Origin: Bispira polyomma
Lineage: Eukaryota
Direction of reading: 5' to 3'
DNA: 64,000 nucleotides
Assembly (NCBI GenBank): GCA_965649765.1
Contig: OZ287749.1
Coordinates: 102,486,001 to 102,550,000, forward strand
The notes beneath the pieces were generated by a model. The model was not told the DNA's origin. It saw only the letters and a program-made list of their open reading frames with translations, and did not search any database. Position 1 is the first letter of the stretch; each line of letters begins with the position of its first letter. Of the stretch, positions 14,098 through 26,197 are shown piece after piece. The position numbers were made by a program, and so were the translations under genes.

Positions 14098-14343
14098 GGG
14101 GCCGCGATGGCCTAGTGGTTAGCAAGCATTGCGCTTCACAATCACTGGTCTCTCACCTTTGGGCGGCGTGAGTTTGAATCCCGTCGATGCCTGTGTGGGA
14201 ATGGTGGTAGTTCCTTACTGTGGGCCGCTGGTTTCAGTGCAGAACCTTGATCAACTGTATGCAGTGTTTCCTCCAGCGTTTCCAACTTCCTGTCCCAATA
14301 TAACCTAAACAGGTACTAGAGTGGACGTTAAATATCCTAATTC
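14098..14343 (+). mobile_element. tRNA-derived SINE family A, with 16-bp TSD
   Basis: Perfect TSD AATTGAGACTATATGA at 14082-14097 and 14344-14359. Few differences from the copy at 11144. Confidence 0.92.
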
Positions 14344-15414
14344 AATTGAGACTATATGACAAAACTTGGGCCCTAGGTAAGGCTAGAGGCTTACACTCCC
14401 TCACATTGTGAAATTGGAAGCCACAACCCATACTTGCTGCACACAACGCGTGTTGTATTTAAGAGGTCAAAAACCCGATAAACAGTAATCTACGTATGTT
14501 TACATTAGGCTACTAAAACTGACTTCATATAGTGTGTATTAATTCTATTCAATCCTTGACATAAGATATATGTGTGGTTTTATACCACGCCCTATAAAAT
14601 AAATATGAAAGTGAGTAAACAAATTCAATAAACAAATAAATATTAGCTGGGAGAGACGTGTTGAGATAAGGTTTAATATCGAGCTGCGGTCTTGCTTTTG
14701 AAATGTCTGTAAATACCTGTGCATGTGTGTATATCTAGAATTCTATCATATTTACTCGTTAAAGTAATTCTAATCATTCATGTTGGCTTATGACATGTGT
14801 GCAAAATATACGTCAGGGTAGCCTTACAGGTTTAAGTTCGGGGTGATTTATTTTAAGTAATTAAGTAATGTTTGTGAGTTGGTGCTATCTTAACCCTTAT
14901 ATTCTCATTTTAGGTCAATTTATTTGTCAATATTGTGTCTTAATTTATGGTAACCTAATATTCATTGATTGAGAGTTTTGTCAATTCATGCCTGTATATG
15001 TTATGAAATAGTCTCCCATGTGAGATTACATCATGTGAAACACTTTCTGGGTTGAGGAGATAACTTAAAAACTTCAAACTCCCTCGCCCCTATTAGTTTC
15101 CCGCCCTGCAACCCCCCCACCCCCCCCCCTCCCATATGCTACCTGCCTTAAGATCTGGCTATTTTTTTGAACTTATTGATTTGTTGATTGATTCTGTTGT
15201 TGCACTTTAGAAGATGCCTCACATCAATAAGGCACGTTAAAATAAAAGGTAAATTCTTGTATATATTGTGACTTAATGTATGGTAAGCCTTACTATTTCT
15301 GTATTATAATTCTCTCTTTCTTACCTTAAGGTTAAGGTTATCCTACTTCTGTAAATGAAAGTTTGAGGTCACCTAATAGTTAATGCTGAAGCATAACTTT
15401 TGCATAACAAATGC

Positions 15415-15582
15415 ACTTTACCGCTGTAAAACGTTTGAATTTATACACCTGGGAAGAGAGGGACAGCTTTGTGTAAAACACCTTCGTTTGAGGGTACAAT
15501 CTCCAGGCCTGCAGCGAGGATAGAACCTGGTCTCTCAAGATTGCCGAGATCCAAAGTCTGACACTCTAACCACTAGGTTAAA
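15415..15582 (-). mobile_element. tRNA-derived SINE family C (CORE-like central block)
   Basis: Reverse complement of 33535-33680 (GGTTAGAGTGTCAGACTTTGGATCT...TTTACACAAAG...CCCAGGTGTAT). Confidence 0.65.
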
Positions 15583-15947
15583 GTTACCCCCGGTAACTTA
15601 AAATCGATTTTAAACTACTCCCAGGGGTAACTTAAACTTGATTTTTATTTACCCCCTCATTTTTAAATTACTCCCTTTTTTCTACTTAGTTATTTGGGGT
15701 TATATCTCTTGTACTATTATGCATATTTCTAATTATTTTAGCAACAAGCGTTACATCAACATTTATACTTATATATTAAGATACATTTTAGTTTGATAAC
15801 TTCTTGATAACTCTGACTATAATGAGAGTTACAATTTTACATGAATCTAAGAATGTTAGTGTAGAGTGTTTACTTAAAATCGATTTCTAGATTTTTAGAA
15901 AATGCTACGTCCGTACCAATTACGTTTGTTTATGTTTACGTTTATGT

Positions 15948-16260
15948 TTACAATCTATAGTTATATATCAATTGTTGCTCTGTAAGACTCTGGCCCGAGT
16001 AGGGTTTCATACACCATTTTATAAGTGCAAAGATGTCGTCTCCTGTGATAAAATATGGCATTGCCTGAACATCCTGGGGTATGGCCTTATCATCAGGAAA
16101 GTTTAAGCCCCATCTGCAATGGCTGGCACCAAGAGGCATACTGTTCTCAGGCGTCTTTTCAATCGGCCAAGGTCTGTAGGCAATTTTTCCAGAATTTTCA
16201 TGGTACTCTTCATATATAGCATTGCATACAATGTTGGAGATGGTATTTGATGCAACCCTT
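15948..16260 (-). mobile_element. PIF/Harbinger DDE transposase remnant
   Basis: PYFITGDDIFAL..WCMKPY....LTEQQLIYNYRL matches the Harbinger/HARBI1 motif (GD.AF.L...MKPY....L...Q..FNYRL). The upstream frame reads VASNTISNIVCNAIYEEY, as in the N-terminal region of these transposases. It is deleted and disrupted. Confidence 0.8.
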
Positions 16261-16272
16261 AATCAAACATGA

Positions 16273-16495
16273 TTCAATTTCCCAGTGGAAGAAAGTCTGT
16301 GATCTCTTAATCCTATGCTATAACTGATATACAAACTCGTGGAACATCGCCGTAATAGTCTTTAAAAGACAGGTTTTTGAGGGGTTCAATTTCCCAGCGG
16401 AAGAAAGTCTGTGATCTCTCAATCCTATGCTATAACTGATATACAAACTCGTGGAACATCGCCGTGATAGTCTTTAAAAGACAGGTTTTTTAGGT
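16273..16495. repeat. 112-bp tandem duplication (2 copies)
   Basis: TTCAATTTCCCAG...ACAGGTTTTT starts at 16273 and again at 16385, with few mismatches. Confidence 0.9.
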
Positions 16496-19400
16496 CCTTT
16501 TATGGTAACCAGTCCAGATATCTTAATATCCATAATTCCATCTGTGAGGTGTCAGGATCACCCTCAGTAAGTCTCAGTAACCACAATGAATGCAATAAGC
16601 GTACAAATAACTAAACCTATCGTAGAATAATCCCAATGAACACACGCTATCGTACTCCCCCTGTGCAAGATTTCCAACAATGGATCTCATAATTCGCACT
16701 TCGAAACTGTACAAACGTGTATGTTTGCAATAAAGGCGTCACAACGCACTGGGATTGTGTAGTAATTTCCTGTAAGTGAACAATGACCCTATTTGGGAGC
16801 GAGTTTGCGTCTGCCTACAGGGCATTATTAGCGATGAACATCGTATACAAACATGTAGGTATCGAGGTGGGTAAGCATAGACACTTGCATGGCAAAAGTG
16901 CGAGGCGCCCTTTAAAAAAGGACTAAGCGAGTTTTAAGAGTTAGGTTTTGTCCTAAACCCAGAAAGTGTTTCTAGTGACCTGAGCTCAACTGGGAGACTT
17001 CCATAAGATAGGGGACAGCGTTTGAAAAAGTTCTAGATAGAAAATGATAACTATAGAGGAATAACATCTGTAAAAAGTTCCCCAGGTTTTTCCACAAGGT
17101 GGGCCCGTGAAAGAAAATGATTATAAAATAATGATGCAGATTCTTCGATTGGACGGGAAATTGCCATTAGTGACGTCACATATCACCTCAAATGAACCAC
17201 ACTGACAGATTGATTGGATACCATGCTATTCCCTGAAGAAACTGATAGACACTGAGTAGGTAGTTAGTTTTTATTTACATATCTGTTTTGTTCTTCAGTC
17301 GTAGGTGGCAAATAAGGAAAATATCTATTTACAAAAAAAATTACTGGGGTTTCACAAAACATTTCTTTCTTTTCCAGAAAATATAATCGACATTATTTTC
17401 TAATTGAAGAAAGTAGGGAAAAAAAATTCAGTTGGATGGATAAGCAATTTGTCAGGTAGATTTTAAGATATGTCATTATTTTCATATATGTCAAATATAT
17501 GTAAATATTTAAAAGAATTTAAAACTGGTATATCTGTCACTATGGTCTGATAGGGGGTAATACACTTGCTTAAGAATACAGAGGACATGGGTTCAATCCC
17601 AGCCACTTATATTTTTTTATTCTGAAAAGGGCGTCGTCATCTTAGAAATAACATGGTAGGACTTCATGGATTGGTTGAAAGCAATCGACCCGTCCAAACT
17701 GGGTGGGGTCACATTGATATTTGTAGGGTAGTGCCAAGCAAACCTGAGTACATAGTGGCCTTATCAATGTTAGTGTATTTCAGACTGTGTGCCTATGTCT
17801 TGTTTAAAAAAGAACTCTTGTTTTTCAGTATAAATTCATGCAGAATAATCTTGGTTAGTAGTTTTCAAGTATAAAACCTAGATTCTCTGTGAGAATAAGC
17901 CTTCAGACAGAAGCTTGAGGATGACCATTTAACAAGGTTCTTTCAATTCAATAACAGAGGACAGCTATTTTAAACTGGTGGCCTGAACCAGTCGAAATCT
18001 GGATCTACCTGGTTGACCCTGGTTAGAAATCACAAACCCAGGTCCCCTGCATTCCTAAGTGAGTGTTTTACTTACCAGGCAACAAGTGTCAGATAGAATT
18101 TGTACCCTATTTCAATGGCTATATGAATCATCCCCTTCATATTTTTTGGCCAGATTTTTTCTTATCCATTATCCAGGAAGAAACATGCACTAGTGTGGCT
18201 GCCAATTTCCAACAAGACAAGTTTAAACCGGTAAATAGTAGTATAAGAAATCTTCTTATCCTTTCTTTAGTCAAAATGTCCTCATATCAGGCACACATCT
18301 ATTTATATCCCAAGATACTGTACACATGGAAATTTTAGCTTAAATAAAATTTCACCAACTTTGGCAACTTCCAACTTGCACGAATTTTGTTATTATTTAG
18401 CATTGTTTTACCTTATATCAGATTACATATGAACACAAATATTTACTAATATATCTTTCAGTATTAAAGGCCATTAGAGCCAAAATAGCTTAACTAGAAT
18501 TCCTTGGGGAAAAATTACCACTACATTACAGTATCTAAATATAACTGTTCCACTGATAATATTTACTCGACAGAATTAGATCTCTGAAAATAAAGGAAGG
18601 TGGAGTGTGTTTGGTAAAATGATAAGAAATCAATGACACTTATCTCTTAGTATAATCTTTACAGTGATGTAGGGGTTTGGTCACAAGTATTTCTCTGTTG
18701 CCCCCTTTTTAACTACTGCCAATACTGACAGTATACCCCTGCTTTCTGGGTTCCCCAAAAATCATGAATGGTCTAGTCTTGGCTACACAAGTACAGCCAA
18801 CCAGCAGGCCTTGTCCCACTTTTACAACCTTAGTAAGGGCGATCTAGGTGCTTTAAAGCTACCTACAAATTGCATGGGTTACCTATTGGTCGTACTTGAT
18901 TTAGGGGCAATTTTAGCGATCATCCCACATGTAAGTTGCATGTAGCCGAGTCGAGTACAGTGGAGGCATGATAGGAGTGGATGCCAAACAGTTGCCGGTT
19001 GAAGGTTTGCAATTCGAAATCACCAAACTTTGACCTAGGCCTAAAAACACCTTAGAGATAGTAACATAAATAGACATCCTCAAGCCCTTGTTTATAGTTA
19101 AGGAAGCGTGACAGTAAATCTGATATTAGAGACAGGACCTTATGACAGAGAATTTAACAATTTATAGTGGTCCATGGTGCCACTACCCATATGCCTCTAA
19201 CTGGGAATCCTAGATTGGAATACAAAACCATGTCCTTTGCATTTCTGGGCCAGCAATGTTTTAGCCTATTTTGCTTTTAGTGATCCCCTAACCTCATCAT
19301 AAGCTTTGACCCTACGTTAATTATAGTATTCACTGCTGGCATAATTTAAAACTGGGATAATACCCTTATATGTATACAAACAGGAAAGTTCCACTTAACT

Positions 19401-20789
19401 AATGGTTTAAATTCTAAAACTTTAGACATAAAATCTATATCCTATACTATGACTCTAGTGCAAGATAAAGTATGTGTATGACAGTGTTATGCCTAAAATA
19501 CACCACAAAAACAGAGGTTAAATAAAGTTTTTTTGTAAAAACCTTATTTTGGGAACATGATTTATGTAAAAAAAAATTCAGCTGATTTTAATAATTAAAA
19601 ATTATTGCTCAGTTTAATATTAATTGAAATATCACACAAAATAACTTTAATACATGATTTTAGAATTAACTTGTGGTATGACAAAAGTAGTTATCTCTTT
19701 ATTTAATGTGAATTGAAGTAAAAAAACTTATTGTGTAGTGTATTCCTTATGCATGTATTATGATTGACACTAACTGGAAAGATTATTTATATTAAGCACC
19801 ACTTGCGTGTATACAATTATTGTAGTGACATATAAACCCGCTTGGGCTAGGCAATTTGATATTTTTAAATGTTTGTTTTTATATGTCCAAAGGTATAAAT
19901 GAATAAACTAATGATCCTTGGTATGACCAAAAACATTAATTTGAAATAAATTACATAAATATGCCACGGTGGCCTAGTGGTAATACATTCGCTTAGGAAT
20001 GCAGATGACCTTGGTTTGATCCCAGCCGTTGGACTCCCAGGTGTAGGAACATATAAAGCAACTCGGATGACCACTAAAAAGGGCCATCCTCTATCATTGA
20101 GTCCAATCACCAGTGGCAGGATGGATAACCTTGTGGACATTGATAAATGGTCATCCCCAGTCTATGTCTTCAACCAATTATTATAACCTATTCATATCAT
20201 ATCGCATGGATACAAACATACAATAAAGTATTATAACATCCCAATACCCTGAAATTGTCTAAGCTGTAATAACAAGAAAAGTCTTGAAAACCAAACTTTC
20301 TGATAGATCTTCATCTAAAAAGGTACAATATTAAAAAGTTGGTCCATTAACATTTTTGATTCACAAAGTCACAGAAACCACCTCTTAATTTGTAATAGAA
20401 CAGAAAAATACATGTCTTTGAATATGTTCATTTGAAGTACAGACTGACAACCTATTGCCATATCTCAGAGTAGGGGTCTGCATGACAGAAGACAGATAAA
20501 GAACTTGATTCAAGTTAAATTTCCTTAAACACTAGAGGTTATACTTAGAAGTGTTTGCTGTTCTATGTGTAACTAATAAATCCTATTTAGTGTGGATGAC
20601 ATCTATTAGAGCATTTTGCACTGTTTGAAGCTCCACTAAATTATCTTTAATAACTCAATACAAAAATAAAGAATTTCACTAGTCCAATCAGCTTACTAAT
20701 GCATTTGCCACCAGGACAGCAATATCTAAATTCAAATTTTTACATATTCGGCATACAACTATTGTACGTGATAATAGCAATTAAGCACT

Positions 20790-21080
20790 GTACACCCTTA
20801 CGATATGTTTGTCGAAAGAATCTTCCAAGTTAAACACCTTCTATTTAGAACTTTGTTGGGTGAGAAAATAAAAGATAAAGACAAGAAATGAGATCTGATT
20901 TTAACAATTTTGTCAGAGAAAGATTTTACAAAAATGTTTGCTATATCTAGCAAGGTAGTACACTCAGGCAATGTAACTTCAATTATTTGAAAAATGTATT
21001 GACTGAGCATGCTTGCAGTTTTACATGGATATTTGAACAAGTAACTATCAACAATGTCGGCTCTAAATGCTGACAAATCA
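20790..21080 (-). mobile_element. Degraded LINE ORF2 fragment (pre-RT region)
   Basis: LP....LLDIANIFVKSFSDKIVKIR resembles the L2/CR1 motif LAN.F..FF.DKI..IR. Confidence 0.5.
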
Positions 21081-21295
21081 AATCTGTTTTATCTAACTTC
21101 AAAATTTAACTTCTTAAAACTTGAAAGGAACTTTAACAGGAAAATTAACATAAAAACTAATAAAATGGACACAAATACAATTGATAATTCTGGGATAACA
21201 GCATGAGAAAACAAATTTCTAACACACAGGACATGAAGAATAAGGCCATATATATATAAGTTTAATCAATGAGCTGCACATATTATAAACTTAAT

Positions 21296-22404
21296 GTTAA
21301 TGTGAATGTTTTTCACTTCTATAGTGCCACAATCGATGACCAGGCATCCTCTGTGGCTCATATCCTATTAGGTGTGCAAGAGCATAGTTCGGTACAACGA
21401 AAAAGGTTTGTGATCAGAGATTCAGTCGTGACTATCAGATGCATGCTAGGGTGGAAAAGCAAGCTGATACAGATGTGTTTTGAGCTTTTTCTGAAACCTG
21501 TGATGCTTGTCTCAGTCCAAAGACTAGTAGGGAGGCTATTCAACTCAGCAGGTGTTGCAAATAAGAATGATTTGGAACCAGCTTGATTTTTTGGTAGGAA
21601 ACCAGAGATGGAGAGACGAGTGCCTCTGGTGAGATTGCTGAGAGACAGCAGAGATGATAAGTAGGCAGGTTGATGTACATGGACTGTCTTAAAAATTAGG
21701 ACAATTACCTTAAATTTAATACAAAACTCAATAGGTAACCAATGTAATTGTTTCAGCAATGGAGTTGTGTGAGTGTGAGGGCCAGCATGGCTTACTATTC
21801 TGCACAGGTTATTTTGTATTTTCTGTAGTTTGTTTATTTGGCCATGTCCAATTCCATATAGTAGGGAGTTACAGTAATCTAGTCGACTTGATACCAGGGC
21901 AGTTACCACTGCAATGGCATTTTCTTGGGTTAAATGTTGTCAAATCCTGTGAAAGTCATTGATGTTGCTGTAGCAGGAACGACAGATATTCGAGACATGT
22001 TTTTTGAAAGAGAAGTGAGAGTCAAAAGCAACTCCTAGGTTCTTCACACTGTCAGCAGGAACAGTGCTATTACCATGGAGAGTAGTAGGGAAGAAGTCAA
22101 GAGCCTTTTCCCTCTAATATTTAGAGCCAATAAGTAGGAAATCTGTTTTGTCAGGGTTGACTTTAAATTTGGATTACTCATCCAAGATTCAGTCAAAGAC
22201 AGGCAGCTAGCGAGCTGTTCGAGGATATGAGAAAAATGTTTAGGAGTGCTGAAGCAATAGATCTGTGTGTCATCTGCATAAAAGTGATAGCTAATATTGT
22301 GGTGTTAGGATATTATACTTGCGAGGGGAGTAGTGTACAGTGAAAACAGAAGGAGCCCTAGGACAGAACCTTGAGGGACACCGAACCGGAGATCAAAGGG
22401 AGAT
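21296..22404 (-). mobile_element. 5'-truncated L2-clade LINE, reverse transcriptase to 3' end
   Basis: The minus strand reads GVPQGSVLG, YADDTQIY, LKVNPDKT, VKNLGVAFD, ALVSSRLDYCNSLL and LHWLP. It contains stops. Confidence 0.92.
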
Positions 22405-23573
22405 GTATATTTTAGTATTTTTATATGTACTATAATTAAAATATATTGTAGACTAAGGCAGATTATAATGCTGACCTTAAACTGAGCTGTGTTACATTTT
22501 GCAATATTATTATAACTTTGTCCTCACTTGGCAGCCAAGATCAATACTGATTTCCTGTTCACGTAAATTAGCATGGGAGAATACTAATATTTTTTCCCAA
22601 AGGATGGATCCAAATAATGCTGTTATTGGCACTTTTTCATAATTGTCACAAATACAGACGTGAATTTCGACAGTATAGTCCAAATCGTCTACAAATGGCA
22701 TTGAAAACTTTAAGGAGCAGTAATTAAGTTTTACTAAGGCCCCTAGAATATATAATATCTCAGTAGATATCAGTAATAGTAATTAATACCATCTCCTTAT
22801 TGTGTACCATGTTACTGTTACTGTTAGCTTTTTAACCTTTCTTTTTTGTGGGAAACATATCAGGAAGCTTTTTAACTTTTCTTTTTAATGGAAAACATAT
22901 AAGGAATTACTTCACATGCTTTGATTTTTCTTTGTATTTCATACACTTTAAATTACTCTTATTAAAGTTATTGTGTTTGACCCGAAAATCTTTTCTATAA
23001 AAGTTAACAGGCATTTTTCGTGTTATTAGTGGGCTCTCTCTTCTTAAAAACAATCAAAACAGCAATATTATGAAAACAGGTGCCGGCTATTTTGTGAAGA
23101 AATATAAGTTACTTCAGATAAATGATGTTCATTTTGTTATGGTTTATTGTTATTTTGAAGTATTTTATTGAAATACATATTTGGAAAACAAAGAATATTT
23201 TGGTAATGGTAAAATAATGGATTACTCGAGTTTTTCGGTTTTTCCCCTAATATTGTGAAAACTGGTTCCATTAGGACACTATACTGTTATTTTGTTGCAT
23301 ATATATTACCAATAGCCAGAGTTATGTGAATTTTACAATGTTACCTGTACTTATGCAAAAAAATTACGCTGAAATATATAGTTTGTGTCCTACCCCAGAT
23401 TTTTGTACCTATTTCGTTACTTATTTTGTGTATTTCAATGTAACTGTAAATTGGTAAAGATAGTAATAAACTGATTTATTTATTGGAACAGGTTAACGTT
23501 TATGATGTGGCATGTGAGTCATTTTGATGTTTATATTCGATCATCTCCGTTGCCACAACTTATATATAGTTAA

Positions 23574-23609
23574 TGCGCATGCGCTCATTTATCTAATGGT
23601 GACTTCCTG
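23574..23609 (+). promoter_or_regulatory. Putative housekeeping promoter motifs of alpha-SNAP (NRF1-type and ETS-type)
   Basis: TGCGCATGCGC at 23574-23584 and GACTTCCTG at 23601-23609, about 75-110 bp upstream of the ATG. Confidence 0.5.
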
Positions 23610-23684
23610 ATATTTAGATTAAAATCTGTAATCGATGTTTGTCAAATTACCTTAACATAAAAAACTAAACAACAATATTTTAGA

Positions 23685-23773
23685 ATGTCTTCACCGGAAC
23701 AGAAAGCCATAGAACTTATGGCCCAAGCTGACAAGAAAGCAAAGTCGGGTGGAGGCTTGTTTTCATTCTTCAG
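23685..23773 (+). CDS. NAPA: alpha-SNAP exon 1 (MSSPEQKAIELMAQADKKAKSGGGLFSFF; phase 2)
   Basis: Matches the alpha-SNAP N-terminus with its hydrophobic FSFF loop. Donor AG|GTTCGT. Confidence 0.92.
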
Positions 23774-23824
23774 GTTCGTACACTCGGTATTTCGTACACT
23801 GGTTGTCCGTCGTTCCCTTACTCA

Positions 23825-25764
23825 TAGATCAGACCGAAAAATCTGTCCCTATTTAGCGAGTTTACTTTCTAACATTTTGACGACGGACTCACGGAAAGGG
23901 ACAGAACGGCTTCCAAAATCAAAACGTTGTAAATAAAATTCGGCATATATATATACACTGTAGAGATAGAATCTAGCAAAAATAAAGCATTTTAAAAATA
24001 AATCGCACTGTCTTCAGAACCGCCATTAGCAGTTTGCAAACTCGAGGGATTTAGAAATGTCTCTGACGGGAATTACATGCAGGTCACCGACAAATTAACT
24101 CGCCGACAAAACTCGCTGACATATTTAATAATATATAACTATAATAAGAACAATAGACCGCATTAACTATTCTATAAATTAATATTTAAATAAATGTCAT
24201 TACACTTTAATGAATATTCATCAATTTATAGATATATTAACTGGTGTATCTGTGAACCTTGTTTTTTTTATTAAGTCTGTGGCTGATGTACACCTCGGAA
24301 GTAAAGCATGTGTACTAGTGATAATTGAAAAATTTTATGCAAATTAGGATGTGTCATTAACTTTGGCCCTTGACTCGGCAAGAACCGCCAACATATATTA
24401 CCTTACATCTGGGCCACCTATTAATATATTTAAATGAGCAGTTCACGAAAATGCCAAATATCTACACTATATGTACCCTATTCAATCTTAAATATTTTAG
24501 CCATTTCTCAACAGATTTTGGTGCAACAACAAGCACAATAATGGCACTAAAACAGGCTTTCTATATAACTTAAACAATTTCAACACCTTTTTTGTAATAT
24601 TTTGCAATTTTTGATTGCATTTGAGGTAATATATTTGCAAAAACGTAACTAATAATATCCCTATTATTCTAACAATATATCAAAAGTGTTTTGTCGGCGA
24701 GTTGCTGTCTGTAAGTAGTTGTGTCGGTGAAGTGCTCGTATACCTATGACGGTAATTATGACTGTTGTCTTTAGAACTGTCACCCCCATAATTATATTAA
24801 ATATAACGCATAAATATAATATTTTAATAATTTTCATCACTCTTAAATATAGTTTAATCAAATAATAGATTAATATTAACTGTAACATCTGCAGAGCTTG
24901 TTTTTTATTAAGTCCATGACTAATGTATACCTCGGAAGTAAAGCAAGTGCATGAGCTATAATGAAAGAATTTTATGCCAACTAGGCTCCTTTGATAACCG
25001 TCAATATATATTACCTTATATCCACCCCATATCAATATATTTAAATAAGCAGTTTACGGAAAATGCCGAAGATGTCTTTCATATTATTAGCTTTTTGTAC
25101 TGGCAGCAACTGGCCCGTCATTGCTCCGTTTTATTTGTTAGGTTTTTTTTTTTACTGGAACTTGTGCCCCTATCCAAACTTAAATATTTTAAATAGTGTA
25201 ATATATTTTATGATAAAATAATTGTTGTGGAAAGAGATTTGATTCTCTAATTACGACGTTATGAACAAAGGCAATTATCTCGAGTTACGACGTTGTAACT
25301 CAAGCCACAGCATATTAAAAAAGCATTATACAGATATAGGAGGTGTATAGACTTAAAACTTAAACAGGAAAAAAAGAAGTTTATTGCTTCATTCATGCTG
25401 TATTAGGTAAAATTTGCAATAACGGTTCAGAAGGCAAAGTGATTTAGAACCGTTAGCGTGTGACGGTACGAAATCACATTGTTTTCCGAACCCCCTATGA
25501 CTGTTCTGAAGCCTCAATACATACCCTCAATCCTTATATATGATATAGTAGCTGATTTTGTCTTATTTCATGCCGACAAGGTAGAGATCAATTAATATAA
25601 CATAAAAACTAAACCACAAACATTGAAACAACTCTGTTGGCCATGCTACGTCAGGCTAAATTTACAACATTTTGCTTATGAAAGTCGTTCTGTCGCTTTT
25701 CTTGAGTCCGTCGTTAACAGCAAGGAATCTGGCTAAATAGGGACAGATTGTTTGGTCTACCCTA
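23825..25764. mobile_element. Non-autonomous DNA transposon with ~110-bp imperfect TIRs and TAG...CTA ends (Academ-like), in NAPA intron 1
   Basis: TAGATCAGACCGAAAAATCTGTCCCTATTTAGC...GACGACGGACTCA..AAAG.GACAGAACG pairs with CGTTCTGTCGCTTTTCTTGAGTCCGTCGT...GCTAAATAGGGACAGATTGTTTGGTCTACCCTA. No clear TSD. Confidence 0.65.
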
Positions 25765-26197
25765 GATTGAAAATTAAACTTTCAATAGAATCACATAATT
25801 CAACATAAGAAAGATTTGTGCCCACTAATTTTCAGCAATTTTGGTTTTAATGAGAAGTTTAAGTCCAATTAGTTATGGAGGGGCCACCACTCAACAGTGA
25901 TTTCGCCAACCAAACCGATTATATCCAGTTTAGTAAATGCGTGGAAGACTGCTGAAGATTTATGGCGAGGTTGTATGCATGGATAAATTTCCCGGCATCG
26001 AACGTAAATGCTGTATGTTGGAAAATGGTTAATTTCGGGAAGCACATACTGGGAAACACCCAATTAATAAAACTTAGTTTCGGGAAGTAATTTTTAGTTA
26101 AATTTGTCCCGAGAATATATTTTTTTAAAAAACAGAAAATCAACATATATAAATTTCAAATTTGAATTTTTAGTAACTCCTCATATTGTCTATTTGT

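Noticed and set aside
17900-19400. Possible old LINE coding fragments
   Set aside because: Only faint motif hints. Too degraded to support boundaries or a class.
21358-21909. 183-aa ORF as a host gene
   Set aside because: It is the C-terminal part of a disrupted L2 LINE ORF2.
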